From NCBI GenBank assembly GCA_000004985.1, contig GG738852.1: DNA of 64,000 nucleotides. The stretch is one strand, 5' to 3'. The notes beneath the pieces were generated by a model. That model was not told where the DNA came from, did no database searches, and was given only the letters and a program-made list of their open reading frames with translations. Each line of letters opens with the position of its first letter. The stretch's first letter is position 1. This DNA is from Naegleria gruberi (lineage: Eukaryota). Made by a program: the position numbers and the translations under genes. Below are positions 63,454-64,000 of this stretch, one piece after another.

Positions 63454-64000
63454 TTAAATATCTGGTGAGTAATAAATTGCATCAGATTTTGTGAGAGGAA
63501 TATGAAGCTCTGTTGGGGAGGATGACAATGGCACCTCTTCAACAGATTTTGGAATAATTGTGTGTGATTGCAAATCTTCTTGTTCTTGTTCTGTGAGGTT
63601 TGTTCCATCTTTGAATACCTTTTGTGTGAGTAAATGGAGAGCATACACATACACTTCATCTCTGGCTCTCTTTCCCCAAACAAAGTCATTATGCTTAAAA
63701 CCAATAATCTTTTTTGAATATACAAGTGAATATTGAAGCCCCTCCATTAAGAATTCCTCAATATCTGAAGGATTAGCCAAGTAATCAAGAGTGCCATAGA
63801 AAACAGCAATTGGTACATCAATTATCTTTTTAAGATCGTACTTTTCAACTTTTGGGGGTGTAGAATTCTTGGCAGAGCTTGCTGGATAAGTAAATGATTG
63901 GAATGATTCAGACTTGATCAATTGACCCCAGTGAATTAAATTTTGGAGAGAAGTTGGAGAAGGTTCATATTTTGATAGGATTGGTAAAATTGCATGATCA
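63454..64000 (-). CDS. Acid lipase (gastric/lysosomal lipase, alpha/beta-hydrolase) C-terminal part. The gene runs off the window edge and is partial.
   Basis: The minus frame is open to position 64000. The C-terminal region (ESFQSFTY..VPIAVFYGTLDYLANPSDIEEF....HNDFVWG) matches the acid-lipase family (KFQAFDWGS..VPIAVWNGGNDLLADP...HLDFIWA). Confidence 0.55.
   Translation of the reverse strand, partial: DHAILPILSKYEPSPTSLQNLIHWGQLIKSESFQSFTYPASSAKNSTPPKVEKYDLKKIIDVPIAVFYGTLDYLANPSDIEEFLMEGLQYSLVYSKKIIGFKHNDFVWGKRARDEVYVYALHLLTQKVFKDGTNLTEQEQEDLQSHTIIPKSVEEVPLSSSPTELHIPLTKSDAIYYSPDI

Noticed and set aside
1-64000. Prokaryotic-style features (CRISPR arrays, operons, Shine-Dalgarno sequences) suggested by the ORF-track format.
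   Set aside because: The locus has spliceosomal introns, intron-containing tRNAs and eukaryote-specific genes (DNAI1, FANCI, WDR24, TMEM18, ATF6-like bZIP). No direct-repeat arrays are present.

Overview
Organism and genome style: AT-rich (roughly one-third GC by eye), extremely gene-dense nuclear DNA from a eukaryote. About 40 protein-coding genes sit on both strands. Intergenic spacers are often under 100 nt, and several convergent gene pairs have stop codons only 2-40 nt apart. Introns are few (0-2 per gene) and short, 42-98 nt. Donors are GTAAGT, GTATGT, GTAGGT, GTGAGT or GTACGT. Acceptors are YAG or AAG. Start codons typically follow an A-run (AAAAAAATG). Stops are standard TAA/TAG/TGA. 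Many proteins carry poly-Q, poly-N or S/T-rich tracts, and codon use is yeast-like (TTG, GGT, GCT, AGA). The provided ORF track often begins ORFs at TTG or GTG; I re-derived starts and splice joins by hand, so treat coordinates as +/-2 nt.

Recognisable genes:
- enolase with an unusual N-terminal docking-domain extension
- MGST3-like MAPEG protein
- DsbA-like thioredoxin-fold protein
- YeeE/YedE-type sulfur-transport membrane protein
- ATF6-like membrane-tethered bZIP transcription factor
- mitochondrial Trp-tRNA synthetase
- two inverted tRNA-Leu(AAG) genes (each with an 11-nt intron) flanking an RCC1-BTB gene
- TMEM18
- cytochrome P450
- TAM41
- gamma-glutamyltranspeptidase
- a PMCA-derived P-type ATPase that has lost its catalytic residues
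- FANCI
- 3-hydroxyacyl-CoA dehydratase
- an LRR protein and a LYR-motif protein
- ETHE1 persulfide dioxygenase
- a giant receptor-like protein with B-box-like zinc fingers in its cytoplasmic tail
- outer-arm dynein intermediate chain DNAI1
- WDR24 (GATOR2 subunit)
- a partial acid-lipase gene running off the window end

Interpretation: DNAI1 means the organism builds motile axonemes. Together with compactness, AT-richness and codon bias, a heterolobosean-like (Naegleria-type) protist is a low-confidence guess.

Sequence quality: there is one N-gap (26496-26544). Three conserved genes show 1-nt frameshifts in short homopolymers, which are probably assembly indels.

Negative result: I found no mobile elements, CRISPR arrays or rRNA.
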